The notes beneath the pieces are model-generated. The model was not told the origin of the DNA. It ran no database searches and saw nothing but the letters and a program-made list of their open reading frames with translations. Below are positions 8,356 through 17,756 of a DNA stretch of 26,456 nucleotides, piece after piece. The position numbers and the translations under genes are program-made. Source of the stretch: Candidatus Methylomirabilia bacterium (GTDB lineage Bacteria > Methylomirabilota > Methylomirabilia > Rokubacteriales > CSP1-6); the NCBI GenBank assembly GCA_041492755.1, contig JBGPXN010000055.1, positions 1-26,456 on the forward strand, read 5' to 3'. Within the stretch, counting starts at the first letter, position 1. Every line of letters begins with the position of its first letter.

Positions 8356-10180
8356 CGACGTGAGCCTTGCCGAGATAGACGTCGACCACGCGAGGCGCGC
8401 GCATCACCTCGCGCGGGCTGCCGGCGGCGATGACCTCACCCTCGTTCAGCACCACCACCCGGTCCGAGAGCTCGAGGACGGCCCGCATGAGGTGCTCGAC
8501 GAAGAGGATGGCGACGCCGCGCCCCCGAATCTCGCGGATCAGGCCGATCGCGCTGGCGATCTCGGCGGGATTGAGTCCCGACAGCACCTCGTCGAGCAGG
8601 ATCACCCGCGGCCGGCCGGCGAGCGCGCGCGCCAGCTCCAGGAACTTGCGCTCGTGCAGGTTGAGCTCGTGGGGCAGCGCCGCGGCCCGCCGCCCGAGGC
8701 CGGTGAACTCCAGCCAGCCGCGAGCCTCGGCCCGAGCGTCGCGCGGCGCGCCGCCGGCGGCGCCGAACGTCGCGGCGAGCGCCACGTTCTCGAGCGCGGT
8801 GAAGTGGGCGAACGGCCGCGGGATCTGGTACGTGCGCGAGACCCCGAGGCCGGCGATCTCGTGCGCCGGTCGTCCCGACAGCGTGACGGCACCGAGCTCG
8901 ACGCGGCCTCGGTCCAGCGAGTAGTGGCCGCTGACGACGTTGATCAAGGTCGTCTTGCCGGACCCGTTCGGTCCCACGAGGCTGACGATCTCGCCCGGCC
9001 CAACGCCGAGGCTCACGCCCCGTAGCGCCTGGATCCCACCGAATGCCTTCCACACGTCGCGGCACTCGAGTCCGGCCGGCGCGCCGGCGCTGCTCTCGTG
9101 GAGCCGTTCCCCCTCGGGTGCCGCCGCGCTTTCGAGCCCCGCCACCGCCGCTGGCGCGCCGGGGACCTCGCTGGGCCGCGGGTGCGCGCCGCGCTGCGCG
9201 GACCGGTCGCTCCCGCGCCTCCAGCGAAGCTGCCGCCGCCGGCGCCAGCGCCCGAGGACCGCGGGCACCACGCCCTCGGGCAGCAGGAGGATCACCACGA
9301 TCAGGACGAAGGCGACGAGCGCGCGCCCGAGAAGGGCCTGCTGGCCGCCGGTGAACGCGTAGAGCGATGCCGTGATGAGGGCGGCGCCCACCGCCGGACC
9401 GAGCCAGTGCCGCGCGCCGCCGAGCACCGACATCAGCACGACGTAGAGCGGCACCGTGATCGAGAACGTGTCGCCGACGGTGACGTAGCTCACGAACATG
9501 GCGTGGATGCCGCCGGCGACGCCCGCGATGCCGGCCGAGAGCGCGAAGGCGGCGAGCTTGTACGCAAACGTGGGCACGCCCTCGACCTCGGCGACGTCCT
9601 CGTCGTCGTGGATCGCGAACAATCCGAGCCCGAGCCGCGAGTGCGTCACCCGGTAGGCTGCGCTCACCGCGAGCACGGCCAGCCCGAGCGCGAGCAGATA
9701 GAAGGTGCCCGTGGGCGAGGCGACCAGGCGAGGCAGCGGCACGTTGCTCAGATACACGCCGGGTCCACCGTCGAGCCGCGTGTTGAGGACGATCGTGGCC
9801 AGGACGAACGTGATGGCCAGCGTGAGCAGACCGAAGAGCTCGCCGCGCAGCCGCTTCACCCGGAACACGACCGCGCCGATGCCGGCGCTGAGCAGCGCGG
9901 CCACGGCCGCGGCGACGGGGAGCGTCGCGAGAAACGGCACGCCGTAGCCGGCGGCGAGCGTCGTCGTCGTGTACATGCCGGCGCCGAAGAACGCGCCGTG
10001 CCCGAAGCTGAAGTACCCCGCGTACCCGCTGAGGATGCTCCAGCTCGTGGCCAGGGCCACCCAGTGGAACACCAGATAGAGGAACGACTCGTAGAAGGCC
10101 GGCAGTCCGACCAGCGGCAGCAGTCCGAGCGCGAGGCTGGCCGCGAGCGCTCCGACGACCAGCCGCGCGCGCCCGCTCAC
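8348..10180 (-). CDS. Fused Liv-type ABC permease + ATP-binding protein (LivM-LivG-like)
   Basis: GTG start overlaps the LivH-like stop (GTGA). Permease part has GYAGYFSFGHGAFFG and AIHDDEDVA; ATPase part has GPNGSGKTT, LLDEVLSGLN, VEH. Long low-complexity linker between them. Confidence 0.9.
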   Translation of the reverse strand: MSGRARLVVGALAASLALGLLPLVGLPAFYESFLYLVFHWVALATSWSILSGYAGYFSFGHGAFFGAGMYTTTTLAAGYGVPFLATLPVAAAVAALLSAGIGAVVFRVKRLRGELFGLLTLAITFVLATIVLNTRLDGGPGVYLSNVPLPRLVASPTGTFYLLALGLAVLAVSAAYRVTHSRLGLGLFAIHDDEDVAEVEGVPTFAYKLAAFALSAGIAGVAGGIHAMFVSYVTVGDTFSITVPLYVVLMSVLGGARHWLGPAVGAALITASLYAFTGGQQALLGRALVAFVLIVVILLLPEGVVPAVLGRWRRRRQLRWRRGSDRSAQRGAHPRPSEVPGAPAAVAGLESAAAPEGERLHESSAGAPAGLECRDVWKAFGGIQALRGVSLGVGPGEIVSLVGPNGSGKTTLINVVSGHYSLDRGRVELGAVTLSGRPAHEIAGLGVSRTYQIPRPFAHFTALENVALAATFGAAGGAPRDARAEARGWLEFTGLGRRAAALPHELNLHERKFLELARALAGRPRVILLDEVLSGLNPAEIASAIGLIREIRGRGVAILFVEHLMRAVLELSDRVVVLNEGEVIAAGSPREVMRAPRVVDVYLGKAHVVA

Positions 10181-11028
10181 ACCCGTTCCGGGCGCAGGAC
10201 GAGGAGCCCGATGAGGATCGAGAAGGACACCAGGGGCGCCCACGCGGGAGCGGCGACGGCCATGGTGACCGATTCGCTGGCGCCGATCAGGAATCCCGCG
10301 AGCAACGCCCCGACCGGATTGCCCAGGCCCCCGATGATCACCACTGCGAACACCACGCCCAGCCACACCCAGATCTGCGAGGGGGCGAGCGTCGAGATCA
10401 GCGCGATGAACGTACCGGCGACGCCAGCGTACGCCGCGCTGATGCCGGACAGGACGAAGGCGTGCCGGCGGTGATTCACGCCGAAGGCGCCGGCGATGGC
10501 CGCGTCTTCGGCGGCGGCCCGCAGCGCCTTGCCCACGTAGGTGAAGCGGAGCCAGGCCCAGGTCCCCAGCGCGAGCGTCGCCGCCGTGAGGCACGCGAGC
10601 GACTCGAGCACCGGCACGAACAGCGGCCCCACGCGGACGGAGGCGCTCGCCCACGGCGTTTCGTACCGCCGGTAGTCCGCGGTCCAGAACCACTGGATCA
10701 GCGATTCGAGGATGACGGCGAGACCGAAGGTGACGAGCAGGGAGGTGAACTCGGTGACCCGGAAGCGCGCGAAGACGACGTGAAGCCCCATCCCAACGAC
10801 GAAGAAGAGGGGGACGATGATGGCGGCGGACACCCAGGGAGCCAGGTGGAAGGCGTGACCAAGCTGGTAGGTGAGGTACGCGCCGAGGAGGGCCAGCGCG
10901 AAGTGCGCGAGGTTCACCAGGCGCAGGAGCCCCCAGGAGAGGCTGAGCCCGAGGGCGAGCAGCGCGTAGAGACCGCCGGCCAGCACGCCCGAGACCAGGG
11001 CCTGGCCGAGCAGGGTGACGCTCGGCAT
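10177..11028 (-). CDS. Liv-type ABC permease (LivH-like)
   Basis: YALLALGLSLSWG..VNLAH, GKALRAAAED, IIGGLGN, LRP motifs; multiple TM segments. Confidence 0.93.
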   Translation of the reverse strand: MPSVTLLGQALVSGVLAGGLYALLALGLSLSWGLLRLVNLAHFALALLGAYLTYQLGHAFHLAPWVSAAIIVPLFFVVGMGLHVVFARFRVTEFTSLLVTFGLAVILESLIQWFWTADYRRYETPWASASVRVGPLFVPVLESLACLTAATLALGTWAWLRFTYVGKALRAAAEDAAIAGAFGVNHRRHAFVLSGISAAYAGVAGTFIALISTLAPSQIWVWLGVVFAVVIIGGLGNPVGALLAGFLIGASESVTMAVAAPAWAPLVSFSILIGLLVLRPERV

Positions 11029-11051
11029 CGCGCGTTACTCGCGCGCGTCGA

Positions 11052-12263
11052 TCAGGGCGGGAGCAGCCGGGCGCCGGGCGCCGCGAACTCGCGGGGCCAC
11101 ACCACGACCCACTTGCCGTCCTGGACCTGCTTCACCTTGAACAGATCGTCGCCGTAGTTGTTGGGGCCGTCGAAGCGGAGCTTGCCGATGATCGTGTCCA
11201 CGCGGTTCTTCTTGATCCACTGCGCCAGCACCTTGTCGTCGAGGCTCCGGGTCGCCGTCACCGCCGCCTCGAGCACCTGCCACGCGGCCAGGGAGCCGGC
11301 GACCTGGGTGTCGACGTGCGTGTACGGCACGTTGGCCTTGGCCGCGCGCTCACGGAAGAGCGGGATCAGCTTGGCCGCGCCCGGATTGTTCATGAACGGC
11401 GGGTGCTCTTCGAAGACGGTGACCGAAAGCGCCTGCTTGCCGTCGGGCGCGACCACCAGCGGCCCGGGCGCGGGGAAGAGGTGGAAGTGCCGGGGCGGCG
11501 TGTAGTCGAGCTTCTTCATCGCTTCGAGCATCTGGTTGCCGTCGAGACCGAGCGCGCCGATCCAGACGAAATCGGGCTTCGCGTCCTTCACGCGCGCGGC
11601 CAGCGCGCCCCAGTCGCGCGTGCCGAACTCGTACTCGAGGTAGAGCGGGACCTTGAGCCCACGCTTCTCGGCGATCTCCTTGGCGCCGAAGGACTGGAAC
11701 TGCGCCGAGGGGAACTTGCTGGTGATGATGGCCACGGTTTTCGGCGGATTCGCGGTCGCGGCCAGCGCGTCGAAGACCGTGGTCGGGATCGTGCGGTTGG
11801 GCTCGGGCCCGAACGCGGCGGTCGCGAAGTGCATCTCGTACTTCGCCAGGTGCGGCATGCCGAACGAATGATGCACGAACACCTTCTGGTAGCGCTGGGC
11901 CACGCCCATGGCGGCGAGGATCCCGCTCGTCGCGTACGGGCCGATGATCAAGTCGACCTTGTCGACGGTGATGAGCTTCTCGTAGAGGCTGCGCGCCAGC
12001 TCGGGCTTGGACTGGTCGTCGAGCAGCACCCACTCGACCGGACGCCCGAGCAAGCCGTTGCCCTTGTTCAGCTCCTCGACGTACATCTCGCCCGCGAGCT
12101 TGTGGAGCAGCGCGGTGGGCCCGAGCGGGCCGGTGAGGGCGAGGGTACCGCCGATCCGGATCGGTTGGCCGGCCGGCGCGGCCACGGCCGACGCGGCGAA
12201 AGCGAGAACGAGGAATGCGACCAGGCCGCCACCGCGGGTGAATCTCCGCATCCGGATCATCAT
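11052..12263 (-). CDS. Liv-type (periplasmic binding protein type 1) ABC substrate-binding protein
   Basis: Sec signal ending AVA, IRIGGTLALTG, GLLGRPVE..LLDDQS, DKVDLIIGPY, DTIIGKLRFD. GGAGGAG SD. Confidence 0.92.
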   Translation of the reverse strand: MMIRMRRFTRGGGLVAFLVLAFAASAVAAPAGQPIRIGGTLALTGPLGPTALLHKLAGEMYVEELNKGNGLLGRPVEWVLLDDQSKPELARSLYEKLITVDKVDLIIGPYATSGILAAMGVAQRYQKVFVHHSFGMPHLAKYEMHFATAAFGPEPNRTIPTTVFDALAATANPPKTVAIITSKFPSAQFQSFGAKEIAEKRGLKVPLYLEYEFGTRDWGALAARVKDAKPDFVWIGALGLDGNQMLEAMKKLDYTPPRHFHLFPAPGPLVVAPDGKQALSVTVFEEHPPFMNNPGAAKLIPLFRERAAKANVPYTHVDTQVAGSLAAWQVLEAAVTATRSLDDKVLAQWIKKNRVDTIIGKLRFDGPNNYGDDLFKVKQVQDGKWVVVWPREFAAPGARLLPP

Positions 12264-12305
12264 GGCTCCTCCGCGCTGAGGGGACGGATCACGAGGCGTG
12301 GGCGA

Positions 12306-12334
12306 ACCTTAGAGACTGGTGCTCGGTTTGTCAA
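12306..12334 (-). promoter_or_regulatory. Sigma70-type promoter of the ABC/amidohydrolase operon
   Basis: Minus strand TTGACA-N17-TAAGGT: perfect -35 and optimal spacing, ~40 nt upstream of the SBP start. Confidence 0.75.
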
Positions 12335-12377
12335 TCGCGCCCGCGGGTGGGCCGCGCGAGGGGCGAGCAAAACGCGA

Positions 12378-12383
12378 TACTAT
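12378..12383 (+). promoter_or_regulatory. Possible -10 box of the divergent LLM operon
   Basis: TACTAT in a GC-rich intergenic region 72 nt before ATG 12456; no clear -35. Confidence 0.35.
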
Positions 12384-12455
12384 GGCGGTCCCGTCAAGGA
12401 CCGACGACACACGGGCGTGACGCACGCGCGGGCGGAGTCGAGGAGGAGAAAGACG

Positions 12456-13391
12456 ATGCGTTTCGGAATCTTCACGAGCATGGGCGCGCAGACGTGGTCG
12501 GGCGTGCTGGACCTCTGGCGACACCTCGAGGCCACCGGCTGGGACATCGCCTGCGTGACCGACCACTTCATGCCCAACACCAAGGAGCGCGAGGGCGCCA
12601 TGCTCGAGTCGTGGAGCACGCTCAGCGCGCTGTCGGCGCTGGTGCCGCGCATGCGCGTGGGTACCATCGTGCTCGGCAACACGTACCGTCACCCGGCCGT
12701 CGTCGCCAAGATGGCCGCGCAGGTCGACATCATCTCCGGCGGCCGGCTGCTGCTGGGCATGGGCGCGGGCTGGCAGCAGAACGAGCACGAGGCGTACGGC
12801 ATCCCGTTCTACACGCTGCGCGAGCGCCTGGAACGACTGGACGAAGCCTGCCAGATGATGCGATCCCTGTGGACGGAGCGCCGAAGCACCTTCAAGGGGC
12901 AGTACTACGAGCTCTCCGACGCGCCGCTCGATCCCAAGCCCATGCAGAAGCCGCACCCCGAGCTGATGATCGGCGGCGGTGGCGAGCGCGTCACCCTCCG
13001 CATCGCGGCCAAGCACGCCGACCACTCGAACATCTGGGGCGGACCCCGGGTGCTCGGCGCCAAGGGGAAGATCCTCGACGAGCACTGCGCCGCCGTCGGC
13101 CGCGATCCCAAGAGCATCCGCCGCTCGGCCAACATGGCGTTGCAGATCACGGACAAGAAGAGCGACGTGGAGACGCTGGCCGACACCATCGCCAAGCGCA
13201 TGGGCCGTCACGCCGCGGACGCGCGCGATACCTGCCTGGCCGGCACGCCGGATCAGATCCGCGAGCAGCTCCACCAGCTCCGGGCGGCCAGGGTGGACAC
13301 GCTCTTCATCCCCACGATGTTCCGGCCCGTGGACGAGCTGCGCCGCGACCTCGACCGCTTCATGGCGGAGATCGCGCCGGCGTTCCGATGA
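12456..13391 (+). CDS. LLM-class oxidoreductase, probable F420-dependent type (TIGR03560-like)
   Basis: AGGAGG SD; TDHF, LGNTYRHPAVVAKMAAQVDIISGGRLLLGMGAGW, PKPMQKPHP, IGGGGERVTLRIAAKHAD. Confidence 0.9.
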   Translation: MRFGIFTSMGAQTWSGVLDLWRHLEATGWDIACVTDHFMPNTKEREGAMLESWSTLSALSALVPRMRVGTIVLGNTYRHPAVVAKMAAQVDIISGGRLLLGMGAGWQQNEHEAYGIPFYTLRERLERLDEACQMMRSLWTERRSTFKGQYYELSDAPLDPKPMQKPHPELMIGGGGERVTLRIAAKHADHSNIWGGPRVLGAKGKILDEHCAAVGRDPKSIRRSANMALQITDKKSDVETLADTIAKRMGRHAADARDTCLAGTPDQIREQLHQLRAARVDTLFIPTMFRPVDELRRDLDRFMAEIAPAFR

Positions 13392-13413
13392 GCGGACAAG
13401 CCGGAGAGCGCCG

Positions 13414-14235
13414 ATGAGACTCGGGGCGATCCTGCCCACGACGCGCGCCGACGGAAGTCCGCCGGTCGGCGAGACGCTCAGCGCGAACGCGCGGATGCTC
13501 GAGCGGCTCGGCTTCGACAGCCTCTGGTGTTTCGACTCCATCGGCCGCGGCTTCATGCTGCCCGATCCGCTCATCGCCGTGTCGGTCGCCGCCGCCGTCA
13601 CCGAGCGCATCGAAGTCGGCACGTGCGTGCTCCAGGTGCCGCTCCGCCGCCCGGTCGAGCTGGCCCACCGGCTTCTCACGGCGCACCTGGCGTGCCAGGG
13701 ACGGTTCCTGCTCGGCGTCGGCGCGGGGTCGACCAAGGCCGACTTCGACGCGGTCGGTGTGGATTTCGGGCAACGGATGCGGCTGATGGACGAGGCGCTG
13801 GACGTGATGCGGCGGCTCTGGCGCGGCGAGCAGGTCGGGGCCGCGAACTTGCTGCCGTGGCCGGCGGCCGTGGGCGGCCCGCCGGTGCTGATCGGAAGCT
13901 GGGCCAGCAAGCAGTGGATCGAGCGCGCGGCCCAGGAGTTCGACGGGTGGATCGCGTCGGCGGCCAAGACGAGCTTCGCGACCCTCGCGCAGGGCCTCGA
14001 GCGCTTTCGCGATGCCGGCGGCCGGCGGGCGATCGTGACCAACATCCACGTGGACCTGGCGGCGCCGACCGGGGCGCTCGGCGACCACGAGCCGTTTCAC
14101 CTGCGCTGCGCTCCCGACGAGGCGGCCAAGCGCGTCCGGCGCCTCGCGGACCTTGGCTTCGACGACGCGATCCTCGTGACCCGGACGCCGAGCGAGACGC
14201 ACTTCGGGTCGATGCGCGCGTTGTGGCCGCGATGA
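13414..14235 (+). CDS. LLM-class flavin/F420-dependent oxidoreductase (short, divergent)
   Basis: MRLG start with GGAG SD; LGFDSLW, DPL..AAAVTERIEVGTCVL, GRFLLGVGAG, DGWI. Confidence 0.87.
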   Translation: MRLGAILPTTRADGSPPVGETLSANARMLERLGFDSLWCFDSIGRGFMLPDPLIAVSVAAAVTERIEVGTCVLQVPLRRPVELAHRLLTAHLACQGRFLLGVGAGSTKADFDAVGVDFGQRMRLMDEALDVMRRLWRGEQVGAANLLPWPAAVGGPPVLIGSWASKQWIERAAQEFDGWIASAAKTSFATLAQGLERFRDAGGRRAIVTNIHVDLAAPTGALGDHEPFHLRCAPDEAAKRVRRLADLGFDDAILVTRTPSETHFGSMRALWPR

Positions 14236-14299
14236 GCGTCGCCCGAGCCGTGACCGGCGCGCACACCGTGACGTTCGCGCCAGAAGGAGAGGCACGACC

Positions 14300-15157
14300 A
14301 TGAAGTTCGGACTGCACTCCGTCAACTTGCACGGCTGCGCTGAGCCGGACGCCGCCGCGCGACTCGGCCGGGCCGCCGAGGCCGCGGGCTTCGAGTCGCT
14401 CTGGGTGGCCGACCACGTGGTGCTGCCGGATCCGCCGGTACCCGGGCGCCCGATGGCGCCCGACATGCGGCTGATCGAGCCGATCGTGGCCCTGACGTTT
14501 CTCGCCGCCCACACCACGCGCATCCTGCTCGGCACGGGTGTCATCATCCTGCCCCAGCGCCAGGCCGTGGTGCTGGCCAAGCAGCTCGCCTCGCTCGACG
14601 TGCTGTCGAACGGTCGCGTGATCTTCGGGCTCGGAGTGGGCTGGTGCGAGCCGGAGATGCGCTCGACCGGCGCGCCGTTCGCCGAGCGCGGGCGCGTGGC
14701 GGACGACTATCTCGCCGCGATGCGCGCGTTGTGGACGCAGCCGAAGCCGTCCCACCGCGGACCGTACGTCTCCTTCGATGGCGTCCAGGCCATGCCGCGG
14801 CCCGTGCAGAAGCCCACGCCGCGCATCGTGGTAGGGGGACGCACCCCGCCGGCGTATCGTCGCGCGGTGAGCCAGGGCCACGGCTGGTACGGGTTCGGGT
14901 TGTCGGTGGACGACACGCAGGCGTGCGTGAGCGCGCTCCGCGACGCCGAGAAGAAAACCGGGCGGCCGGCCGAGCTCGGTCGGCTGGAGATCAGCGTGAC
15001 CCCGCCGGGCTACGAGGTGCCGGACGGAAAGACCGTCGACGCGTATGCGGTGGCCGGAGTCGATCGGCTCATCGTGCGACCCCGCCCGGAGATGGACGCC
15101 CCCGCGCTGGAGCGCTTCGCGGCGGAGACGGGCCGCGCCCTCGGGCTCAAGGCCTGA
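14300..15157 (+). CDS. LLM-class oxidoreductase, probable F420-dependent type (TIGR03619/Rv2161c-like)
   Basis: AAGGAG SD; GFESLWVADHVVLP, LAKQLASLDVLSNGRVIFGLGVGW, PRPVQKP, GHGWYG. Confidence 0.92.
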   Translation: MKFGLHSVNLHGCAEPDAAARLGRAAEAAGFESLWVADHVVLPDPPVPGRPMAPDMRLIEPIVALTFLAAHTTRILLGTGVIILPQRQAVVLAKQLASLDVLSNGRVIFGLGVGWCEPEMRSTGAPFAERGRVADDYLAAMRALWTQPKPSHRGPYVSFDGVQAMPRPVQKPTPRIVVGGRTPPAYRRAVSQGHGWYGFGLSVDDTQACVSALRDAEKKTGRPAELGRLEISVTPPGYEVPDGKTVDAYAVAGVDRLIVRPRPEMDAPALERFAAETGRALGLKA

Positions 15158-15195
15158 GCGGCGGTGATTTCAGCTTCGAAGGGGAGAGGGTGACG

Positions 15196-16221
15196 ATGAA
15201 TTTCGGAACGTTCCTGCTGATGCAATCCCCGTCGGCGCGCTCCTCGCAGGAGATGTACTCGCGCGGGCTCGACCTCGCCCAGGCCGCCGAGGCGCTCGGC
15301 TTCGGCAACGTCTGGCTCGCCGAGCATCACTTCTCGACGTACGGCTATCTCTCGCGCCCGCTGCAGCTCGCGACCTACATCGCGGCCAAGACGACCCGGC
15401 TGCGCGTGGGCACCGCGGTCATCGTGGTGCCGCTGCACCATCCGCTGATCATCGCCGAGGAGATCGCGACGCTCGACCTGCTCTGCGGGGGGCGGCTCGA
15501 CGTCGGCCTGGGACGCGGGTACCAGCCGTACGAGTTCGAGCGGCTCGGCCTCGAGCTGGAGAGCGGCCGCGCGCGCTGGGAGGAGTCGATCGACGTCCTC
15601 CTCGAGGCGCTCACCGGCAAGCCGTTCACGTACGATGGAAAGCTGTTCAAGATCCCCGAGACGTCGGTCTTCCCGCAGCCGCTGCAGCAACCGCTCCCGC
15701 CGATCTGGATCACCGCCCAGAGCCCGGACTCGGTGGAGGCGGCCGTCCGCCGCGGCTTCAACGTCCTCACCGGAGGCTTCGGTGTTTCCCTCGAACGGAT
15801 GGGTGAGTTCCGCCGGCTCTTCGACCGCCTGGTGGCCGAGGCCAAGCCGCCGCGCCCGCTCCAGGTCGGCGTGCAGCGCGCCGTGTACGTGGCGGACAAC
15901 CTGGCCGACGCGCGGGCCGCCGCCGAGGAAGCCCGCTGGAACATGCGGGTGACGCTCAGCCTGCGCAACCACTACGAGCGGGTGGAAGCCGGCCGCGCCG
16001 TCGCGGTGCCGGCGCCGAACGAGCCGACCACCGACGACTTGCTCGACCGCTTCCTGGTCATCGGCACGCCCGACGTGGTGGTGCGCCAGATCCAGCGCAT
16101 CCGCGACCTCGTCGGAATCACCCACTTCAATTGCAGCTTCTGGTTCGGCGATCTCGAGCACGCGCGCGTGCTGCGCTCGATGGAACGCTTCGCGCGCGAG
16201 GTCATGCCGGCGTTCGCATGA
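15196..16221 (+). CDS. LLM-class flavin-dependent oxidoreductase (luciferase alpha-like)
   Basis: WLAEHHFS, LRVGTAV, HPL..AEEIATLD...GRLDVGLGRGY, PQPLQQP, SMERFAREVMPAF. Confidence 0.92.
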   Translation: MNFGTFLLMQSPSARSSQEMYSRGLDLAQAAEALGFGNVWLAEHHFSTYGYLSRPLQLATYIAAKTTRLRVGTAVIVVPLHHPLIIAEEIATLDLLCGGRLDVGLGRGYQPYEFERLGLELESGRARWEESIDVLLEALTGKPFTYDGKLFKIPETSVFPQPLQQPLPPIWITAQSPDSVEAAVRRGFNVLTGGFGVSLERMGEFRRLFDRLVAEAKPPRPLQVGVQRAVYVADNLADARAAAEEARWNMRVTLSLRNHYERVEAGRAVAVPAPNEPTTDDLLDRFLVIGTPDVVVRQIQRIRDLVGITHFNCSFWFGDLEHARVLRSMERFAREVMPAFA

Positions 16222-16751
16222 GCGTGGCGCCGCGCTTCGGCCTCGGCACGATCGTCAAGCACCGCGATTTCGGCAAGGGCCGCATCGTCGCCTACGACGA
16301 CGATCGGTACGTCATCCTGTTTGCCGGCGGCGACGCCAAGATCGTCGCGTTCGCCTTCGAGGGGTTGCAGGCCGACGGCAGCGCCGGCGACCCGGAGCTC
16401 GACCGCATCGCGCAGGCGGTGCGCCAGGTCCTGGGCGACCACGGCTGGCTCGACGTCGATCTCGAGCTCGGCAAGCGCTGGGTCGGGGGAACGCTGAAGC
16501 TCGTTCCGGGCAAGGACGACACACCGGCCAAGGACGTTCCGATCGAGATGTTCCTCAAGAAGCTCGTGGGCGTCCGCGACAAGCTGCGCGTGCTCGAGCA
16601 GAAGATCAACAGCCACCCGTCGCTGGCCGCCGAGGAGAAGCTGGAGCTGCAGGGCTACATCACGCGCTGCTACGGCAGCCTGACCACCTTCAACGTCCTC
16701 TTCGGCAACCGCGTGAGCTGGTTCGTGGGGCAGGGCGACAAGGAAGGCTGA
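16218..16751 (+). CDS. Hypothetical protein (177 aa) with N-terminal Tudor/SH3-like segment and helical C-terminal domain
   Basis: ATGA overlap with the LLM stop and strong GC3 bias. GTIVKHRDFGKGRIV resembles the PcrA/UvrD C-terminal Tudor pattern; C-terminal RDKLRVLEQKIN...YITRCYGSLTTFNVLF. Confidence 0.8.
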   Translation: MSVAPRFGLGTIVKHRDFGKGRIVAYDDDRYVILFAGGDAKIVAFAFEGLQADGSAGDPELDRIAQAVRQVLGDHGWLDVDLELGKRWVGGTLKLVPGKDDTPAKDVPIEMFLKKLVGVRDKLRVLEQKINSHPSLAAEEKLELQGYITRCYGSLTTFNVLFGNRVSWFVGQGDKEG

Positions 16752-16757
16752 GCCCCG

Positions 16758-17678
16758 TCAAGGGGCCGAGCCGCCCGTCGTCCCGATCACGACCCCGCCG
16801 AGGATCAGCACGATGGCGGCGACGACCGACATCGTCAGCGGCTCCCCGAGCCAGAGCGTCGCGACGGCCACGCTGACCAGCGGCGTGACCAGCAGGCCCA
16901 GCCCGGTCGTCATCGCCGGCAGGTTGCGGCTGGCCATCGCGTTCGCCCAGTACGCGATGGCCGTGCCCGGAATGCTCGCGTAGAGCAGCAAGAGGCCGAG
17001 TCGGCCGCTCCACTCGGTGGCCGGAGGTCCCGTCGTCACGAAGGCCAGCGGCGTGAGGATGACGGTGGCGAGTAGCATCCCCCACGGCACGAGATCGAGC
17101 GGAGCCGACTGCCACGCGTGGCCGCGGATGTGCAAGATGCTGGCGGCCCACATCAGGGCGGCGAGGATGATCGCCCCGTTGCCGAGCAGGGCGTCGCGGT
17201 TGGTCCAGTCCAGGGCGAGGGGATTGAAGAGCACGAGCAGGCCGACGAGACCCACGGCCACGCCGACCACCCGCCTGACCGTGAGCGGCTCGCGCAGGAA
17301 CAGGCGGGCCCCGGGGACGATCCAGAGCGGTGTCGTGTAGGCCAGCACGACCGAGCGCCCGGTGGGGACGCGCTCCAATCCCCACGCGGCCAGGACGGCG
17401 AAGCCCACCATGTGGAGCAGGCTCATGCTGAGCATGACGGGCACGTCGGGCGGCGGTGGGAGGGCGAGACGACGGCGCGCGATCGCGATCGCGAACAGGG
17501 CGACGGCCGCGATGGCCGAGCGCACCGCCATCATCCACAGCGGCGACAGATACTCGAGGAGCGCCTTGTTCACGGGCCACGTCACACCCCAGGCGAGGAC
17601 GACCGTGACGAGGAAAAACATCCCCACGCGATGGGCGCCGCGCGCGCCGGGGGTCGGAACGGGCGTAGGGGTTGCCAC
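16758..17678 (-). CDS. DMT/EamA family transporter
   Basis: About 10 TM segments; WGVTWP..K, AYTTPLW, LREPLT and LGEPLT internal repeat. Start uncertain (GTG 17678 or a downstream ATG). Confidence 0.9.
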   Translation of the reverse strand: MATPTPVPTPGARGAHRVGMFFLVTVVLAWGVTWPVNKALLEYLSPLWMMAVRSAIAAVALFAIAIARRRLALPPPPDVPVMLSMSLLHMVGFAVLAAWGLERVPTGRSVVLAYTTPLWIVPGARLFLREPLTVRRVVGVAVGLVGLLVLFNPLALDWTNRDALLGNGAIILAALMWAASILHIRGHAWQSAPLDLVPWGMLLATVILTPLAFVTTGPPATEWSGRLGLLLLYASIPGTAIAYWANAMASRNLPAMTTGLGLLVTPLVSVAVATLWLGEPLTMSVVAAIVLILGGVVIGTTGGSAP

Positions 17679-17739
17679 GGGTCTCGGGCAGCATAGCGCG
17701 CCGCGGTCGGTCGCGGCATTCGTACCGCGGCCGTTGGGC

Positions 17740-17748
17740 TGCTAGAAT
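17740..17748 (+). promoter_or_regulatory. Extended -10 promoter, (near-)leaderless transcript
   Basis: TGcTAGAAT ends 8 nt before ATG 17757; no SD. Confidence 0.6.
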
Positions 17749-17756
17749 CCCGCCCC

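Noticed and set aside
11316..12455. Apparent 380-aa N-terminal extension on the first LLM (similar extensions at 12979, 14644, 18370, 10693, 5260)
   Set aside because: These overlap real genes or promoters; the downstream starts have SDs or stop overlaps and family-typical N-termini.
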